A DNA stretch of 64,000 bases from Vitrella brassicaformis CCMP3155. Its lineage: Eukaryota; Protista; Chromerida. The stretch covers positions 1 through 64,000 of the forward strand of contig CDMY01000491.1 of assembly GCA_001179505.1 (NCBI GenBank), given 5' to 3'. Position numbers and translations under genes: made by a program. Each line of letters begins with the position of its first letter. Position 1 is the stretch's first letter. The notes under the pieces are model-generated. The model had not been told where the DNA came from, searched no databases, and saw nothing but the letters and a program-made list of their open reading frames with translations. Of this stretch, positions 57,815-64,000 are shown piece by piece.

Positions 57815-59664
57815 GCGAATTCTGAGCGCACGCCCTTCCTTTGGAAAGACAAGCGCAGTGAGTGAGGAAGCCTCTCTGCCCCATCCGTTCATTAAGCGCA
57901 TTAAGCGTCTTAGTTGAGCTTTCGTTCCTGCGAAGGCGACTGGGGGAGATCCGTGTCCGTGTGTGTGTCCGGCTGCGCAGCTCTGGACCGACCTCCTCTG
58001 CTCTCTGTCTGCTAGGATACCTTTCCTACTCTGTGAGGGTCGTGCCTCTGTGAGGGTCGTGCCTTGTGGGCGTCTGCGAGTGTACTGGCTGGCCGGCTGA
58101 GTGTGTGCGAATACGTACATTCTGTAAGGCCATGGTCTAATGTGCGCGCTGGAGTTTCCTCAGGGCCGTGTGCATGCCCCGTCGCATGCCCTAGGCGGCT
58201 AGCGAAGGCCTAGTCTCATGTTTGTCCATTCGCTTGGGTTTCAGGTCAACTGCTCCCGCAACACGCTAGCTGCATCAAACATCAATTTATCATCGACCAC
58301 ATGCTGATGTACGGGGGGGTTGGCTGACGTGCATCGTTGAACATCCTTACCGGATGATGGAAGTGTTGGTTGCGTTTGTCTTCGGCGTCTGAGTGCTCGA
58401 AGCCCCTTTTTGCGGAGTTTCCCTTTCCTGTGCCATTCTCTCCCTCGAGTCGTTTGTCTGGTTTGTGCCCAGGCGCCCGGCGGACGGTGACAAGGAGCCC
58501 TGGTATGACATTCATTCACGTATGTCTCATTCGGTCCCATGCCACACGCCCGCCGACGCATCCATCTCCGCTAGGCGGATGGCACACGTCTGGTGCTCAT
58601 GGTGGTGTGTGTCGATTTGTGACAGTTTTCTTTTGTCTGTTTTGGTCACTCATGTCGGCAACTCGTCGAATGATTGCCGGAAGTCGTGCTCTGGATTCGG
58701 TTTCCAGGCTTTCATCTTTTCGTTCTTGACGAGTGCTGGGAAACTACTCTGACCGAATTGCTTTAGCAAGTACCCCAAGAGAGCTTCGAGTTTGGCCGGT
58801 CCATCGCCCTTCAAAAACACGCCATTCGGGTCAGACTCTTGCAGATCCAGTCATTCAAGTTGTCTCTTGCACGCCCTCGTATGGCATCACATACAAGTCG
58901 TATGAAGTGCTTTTCAGGTATGGGTAGTTTAGGCGTGCTGCCTTGACCTGTTTGATGACGTCACATCCGACTTGTCATCGAATGGGCGGAGGGTCACTGT
59001 TGGTTTGAGTACATACTGCATAGCAGCCATCTGTGTTGACAGCCTGTCTATTGGGCTGCTGCTTTGCGTGTCATGCCGTGGTTGGTGGGGTGTATGACCC
59101 TCCCTTTGATTCGTTGCTGCCTGTGGAAGCATAACTATGCTTGCTGTGTCATCGGTTGTATGTGCGTGCTGACACACTCGATTCGTTTCGTGCCTCTTGT
59201 ATCGCTGAGACACTGCCCACATTATCGTAAGGTACTGGACCTTCCTTAGAACTGGAGAGAGTGGGCATGCAGTCATCGTTGAAACCCCATGCGGGCCGAT
59301 TCTATAATTTCTCCGATCTGGACATATGATTACGGTGCTGGAGATGTCACTCAATCTGTCACGTGTATACATGACGGGAAAACTAAGCATGTCTCCAACC
59401 AGCTGGAAGACACCTGGACCGACGGTGAGACACCAGCTGCAATCATCTCGCACTTTTCTACGCAGTCCCTCGGCAGGACGGAAAAGGATAAGTATGCTTT
59501 GGCTTGTCGCCTTTATCCCTCCTCTCAACAGCCTCCATGAGGTTGTCTCAATAATTGCGTCGGGGAGGCTTGAAGCATCCACTTACATGAATTTCATCAA
59601 TTGAGCACGTCAGCTCTAATGCAGGTGTACACAGACTCACGTTCATAAATCGATCCATCTTTCA

Positions 59665-60607
59665 CTAATTGAGCAGGATCAGCCACGCGATTGCGACGTA
59701 GAAGAGCCACACGGGGTAGACTGCTAGTGCCTTGCGGTCCTCGGCAACGAGTTCCGACATGAATCCGACAGAAGCTGAAGAGATGAAATGAAAAACAGTC
59801 ACCATGTTCGTGATTGTGTCTGTGATCGCTTCCTGCCTCCAGTCGCCCAGTGGAGGGCGATAAGCATCAGGATAAACTGCAGATACAGTGGACGAGATTC
59901 ACAGGACGGGGCGTATCGTGTGGTGAAGTGCCACCGTGACAGCCCTCACTTTGACGATAGATCCGATCGACGAGGGAAGGAAGAGGCACGCAAACGCTGC
60001 CAGGACAAGGGGACAGATGCAGTAGCCGAGGACGCAAACGCTCTGGAAGAAAGATCTGCATGAACACGAACCAAATTAATCATGAACTTCACTGGCACGA
60101 CATTTTCCTACATCTTTCCACCAAGCAGCAGGGCGTTGAATGTCACCACGACAGCACCCAGCCACACAATGACATAGACGAGGCCGAATACCACCTCTTG
60201 CTGATTCTCTGGGGCATTTGCCCACAGAATGCTAGGACAAAACACACGTGAAAGGAAGCGTGGGTGGCACGGCGTGGGTTGCATACATCGAAAGGATGAG
60301 GCATAGGAAGAGCGGTCCCCAGAGATCCCCTGCACACCACAAGCACAGGGGGACTTCTTAACCCGCCATTTCACCGGTCCTGCCTACACTGCTTTAGCCC
60401 AGCGCCAGCCTCGGATCGAGAGCGCGGCAGCATCACGTAGTACAGTTTCTTGCCGACGCTGCGGAGATCTCGCATCTAAGCACACATGTGAGAAGGATGG
60501 GAGAGACACAGGCTGGATGTACGGCCTCGTACGATAGTGTCGACGACGGGCTCGTCTAGCGTTCCGATGCAGTCCACTGCTCTCTCGGATGAGAGGGGGG
60601 CATCCAT
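59665..60607 (-). CDS. Yip1-domain Golgi membrane protein (YIPF6/Yip4-like), multi-exon
   Basis: GTLDEPVVDTIMRDLRSVGKKLYYVMLP, WDLWGPLFLCL, VVTFNALLLGGK, SFFQSVCVLGYCICPL, RKALAVYPVWLFY. Confidence 0.92.
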
Positions 60608-61917
60608 AGACCCGCGAACGTGTGTCATTTTCGATTTCGTGATGCGAGAGTTTCAGGGAGCACCCTAACCAGAGCACTAGACGGATGGGTTGTTGTTTGA
60701 CGCGAGCTTTGGCAAGCTTTTTCATGAAAACCCGTGGGAAAAATTCCAACCATTGCCCGCACCCTTTTGAGCACACCAGCAGCACACAGCAGACCCCCCC
60801 ACCTCAGGGGCGTCCAGGAGGAGCGAAAAAAACGGTGAAAACAGCACCAGAAGCGGTGAACACAAGACAAACAGAGCGAGAACCAAAGGGACACTGCAGA
60901 AGGCACGTAGGAGGTCACACACCAGCCAACGAAACCCAATGGAGCACGCTGGGCACAAGAAAAGCAAAAGAAACGGCGAAAAAAGCACCAGAAAAGACCG
61001 CCGCACGTCTTCCCCACGAAAAAATGTGTCCCTGAGCACCCAACGCCGTCTCAGTAGATAGAACAAACAACTTTGCAGGCGGAGGCAGAAAGCAACGGCG
61101 AAAAAAGGCAGCACGAGGCCGTCTCCTCAATGTCTCGCACAAATGATAATCTGGCGTCTCTCCACTGCATTCCACCATACCGTTGGTTTCTCTGCTCTTT
61201 TGTGTCGTCTCTCCACTACACATACACGCTAGTGCAGTAATGAAGTGTTGCTGTTGTACGAATTTGGTGCACTGTCATCAGGGCTTGGATGGGCTGCAGA
61301 GCTTCCTCTCTCAAGAGAATCCATTTACCAAACGAGTCCACAGGGGCTACTCACGTCAACATGTCACTCTATCAAAAGTTGTTTTCCTCTGCGTTGCAGC
61401 TATCCAAGACCGTATTGAGCATGTCCCAAAGCCCCTCCTCGCCCACGGCTCGCCATTCCATCCCCATCTTACTCTCCCCTTCCGATCACCGCACCCTGTC
61501 GCTTGCCCAAGAGCTTCATCAAGCTCTGAGCTTCTGCAAGCAACAGCCCAACCCCGATGAGCGCCGTAGCGTCCCTCCCGGTCAAGAGAATTGTCCTTCC
61601 TCTCTCTATTCCCAGTGCCTTTCTATTGGTCTCCACGGCCACGGCCACGGCGCATGCAAGGGTTGCCAACACTATTGCAGCCCTCGGAACAAGTGATGGG
61701 GACTACGAGCTAATACGGCACAGTATCCAGCCCCGAACACTTTCCAGCCGTGTGGGAGCGCTCTTAAAAGAGCGAATCAAAAGTTTCTTTTGATCGACGA
61801 GACGCTAAATTAGCGTCGACTGAAGGGCCGCCCAAGCCGCAGGTAAGTGACACAAATAGCGACTCTCTCATGCGATCATCCGGGCATCATACTTATTCTC
61901 AGGTGTCGTCGTCTGTC

Positions 61918-63124
61918 ATGCTCGAGATGTTTCCGAACACTCAGCCAGCTGCAGGCCAGCCGACCACGGAGACAGCCACGCGGGGTGAGGAAGGTGCAAC
62001 GGAAGCCACCGCCATCGACCTGGAGGAGGACGAGCTGCTTGAGCAGGGCAAAGGTGCGAGCAAGCAAGCCAAGTCTTCTGCCTTCTGCTGTGATGTGTCT
62101 TTGATGACACAGATGGTGACGCATTGTTCGGGACGGAGGGAGGACCAGCTGGGCCCCCGCAGAAGAAGCGGCCACATAAGAGTCGGTACCAGGCTCGGAT
62201 CGAGTTGAAGGAGAAGATGATTGGACAAGGCTTCTCAGAGGAAGCCGCAGAGAATGCCAGTCTGCTTGCGTATCCAAATGCAAAGAATCCGCCAAGTGAG
62301 CAGCGGCTTGTGCCCGGTCTGATGTGTCAGTGCGTTGTGTGTCTCTGTTCTGTGCAGAGGCCAGGAAGGTCAAGGCCACCACAGGGGGCGGGCAGGAGGC
62401 ACCAGCGGCGAAAGCCAAAAGCAAAGCCCCCGTGGTCCCGAAGCTCCCGCCGCCTCCGTCCAAGCAGCCGAGCGCCTCGTTGGCAGCCTCCCAATCCAGC
62501 ACCGAGCCGATGGTCCCTCCAGCTGCACCGAAGGCCAAGGCAGGGGGGAAACCACTGGGACGTGAGAAGAGCGACATGAGCAAATGTAAGTACATACCCG
62601 ACTTCTGCTCGACAAGTATGCGTGTATGCGTGTGTGTCTCTACACAGACGAAGGCTTGTCGGCTGGCGGGGCCGCACGGCCCAAGGCCGCTGCGGCATCT
62701 GTCCAGCCTTCTGCGTCTGCCCCCGCCAATGCCACTGAGTAAGGTGAGGATACACGAGACTTCACGTGATGGAGAGCTGTTTGTGTGTCCTTGCAGTCAA
62801 TGTTTGGATGGTGAAGGAGACAATGATAGCGGAGAGGAGGAGCACGTATCTGTGGATGGTGAAGGAGACAATGATAGCGGAGACGAGGAGGACGAGGACG
62901 GCCGCGCCGACGCCTGTGGCTGCGAGGAGGACATGCGTGAGTGGCTGGATATGCAGCAGGATCCTGAGAATCAGTATGATACGAGTGAGGATGAGGTGGT
63001 GTATGTGTGTGAGGCCTGTGGTGGTGCTGCATACGTTGATGAGGAGGGTGACGGCCTCGTCTGCTCCGAGTATGGCTGTGACTGGACGGGGGACATTCCT
63101 GATATATACCCCTATAGTGAGTAA
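61918..63124 (+). CDS. Low-complexity multi-exon protein with acidic tract and C-terminal zinc-ribbon-like Cys pairs
   Basis: Exon-like segments ...RYQARIELKEKMIGQGFSEEAAE..., Ala/Pro/Lys-rich, ...YVCEACGGAAYVDEEGDGLVCSEYGCDWTG*. No family recognised. Confidence 0.45.
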
Positions 63125-63384
63125 CTCGTGTGATTGATAGATCAAAACGGTTGCGAGTGGGTTGTGTCTGATCGATCAATGAAAAGCGTTGCCCCTCCTT
63201 CAACTTGATGGCATGTCCGTACAGCGCAGCACATGCATCAGCAAAAGTCCAAGTCATTACACAAGTCCACTTACACTTACAGCGAACTTAATCGTCAGTC
63301 AGTGCCGATACTATCCTAAAGACTCTGTTCCGATCTCGGAAGGAAAGAAGATCTATGGAATCCGTGCTGGTGACAGTGACAGCG

Positions 63385-63700
63385 TTCATTTTTTCATTCA
63401 TTCATTCATTCGCGTCTCCTATGAACGCATGAAATGCATTCATGGAAACGATTAGCAGCCCTGCAAAAACGAGGCAGAGACCAGGGCGGGTGTCCGGCAC
63501 ACCAAGGTTTCCCTTGGCTACCCCTGGATTTCGTAAAAGGCCAGTTCGTTTTCACCCTGATGGCGGCAGGGCTGCCCGGCTTGCATACTCCCCTGGGCCG
63601 GGGGAGGTGGTGTGCCAGGTATATGTCGTGGGGGTGCGTGTACGCGTCTGTCTTGTATGCTCGGTGTCCGTGGGTGTCGTGTGTGCACAGGTTGGTAGAG
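63385..63700 (-). mobile_element. Copy of the ~330-bp (TGAA)n-tailed repeat
   Basis: Reverse complement of 4891-5215, with a (TTCA)n tail at 63395-63412. Confidence 0.8.
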
Positions 63701-64000
63701 GGTCCTGAAAGAAGATCATGGAATCCGTGCACAATGACAGCGTCACTATGCATTGTTGACACCCATGTCTCGACCCATGTCATTGTTGACAAGATCGCGT
63801 TGGCGGTGCTCCCGGGTCGGCTTGTGGTTGTGCCGATGGAGCGGTGTCTAGTAGTAGAATGGGTGAGTGATGTAACTTTGAACGACGGACACTATGCCAA
63901 CCTCCAGAGGGCCCGAGTGGCCACACTGGAGCGTGAAAAAGCTTCACCAAGCAACATTGAATCAACAGTTCAACAGTCCAATGCCAGCTCATTCAGTTTT

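Noticed and set aside
58200-59604. ORFs 58241-58561 and 58929-59582
   Set aside because: No recognisable motifs or consistent exon chain; coding status cannot be supported.
1-64000. tRNA, rRNA or snRNA genes
   Set aside because: No cloverleaf with A/B boxes, rRNA segment or snRNA consensus was recognised by eye; a covariance-model scan is needed to exclude them.

Overview
Eukaryotic, intron-rich, GC-rich scaffold with four 300-nt N gaps. It is probably from a chromerid alveolate such as Vitrella (inference from an oocyst-wall-like protein, PAN/apple-domain membrane proteins, an intronless ankyrin-like family member and short GT-AG introns with (GT)n tracts). Host genes I can reconstruct: p23 co-chaperone, GT69/CAP59-type mannosyltransferase, Cys-rich oocyst-wall-like protein, Cpn10/GroES-like co-chaperonin, GPN1 GTPase, UBXN7-like protein, myristoylated CAMK-type kinase, large IPT/TIG plus GSDH-like propeller protein, GH16-PAN-PAN-TM protein with a pseudogene copy, ankyrin-like protein, AN1 and CCCH zinc-finger genes, and a Yip1 (YIPF6-like) gene. 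Mobile DNA is abundant: CRE-like (REL endonuclease) non-LTR retrotransposon copies, one with a provable 10-bp TSD; a Helitron2/Helentron-like tandem pair with PIF1 remnants; a SINE/LINE-like 3' end family; and a CACTA/CMC-like transposase remnant split by a foldback-type array. The top candidate is an intron-containing RAG1/Transib-like DDE transposase gene (51977-55182, minus) with D-D-E, CxxC and HxxxxH motifs, lying tail-to-tail with an unknown multi-exon gene. All protein-family calls come from motif recognition by eye, not database searches, and exon boundaries are approximate.
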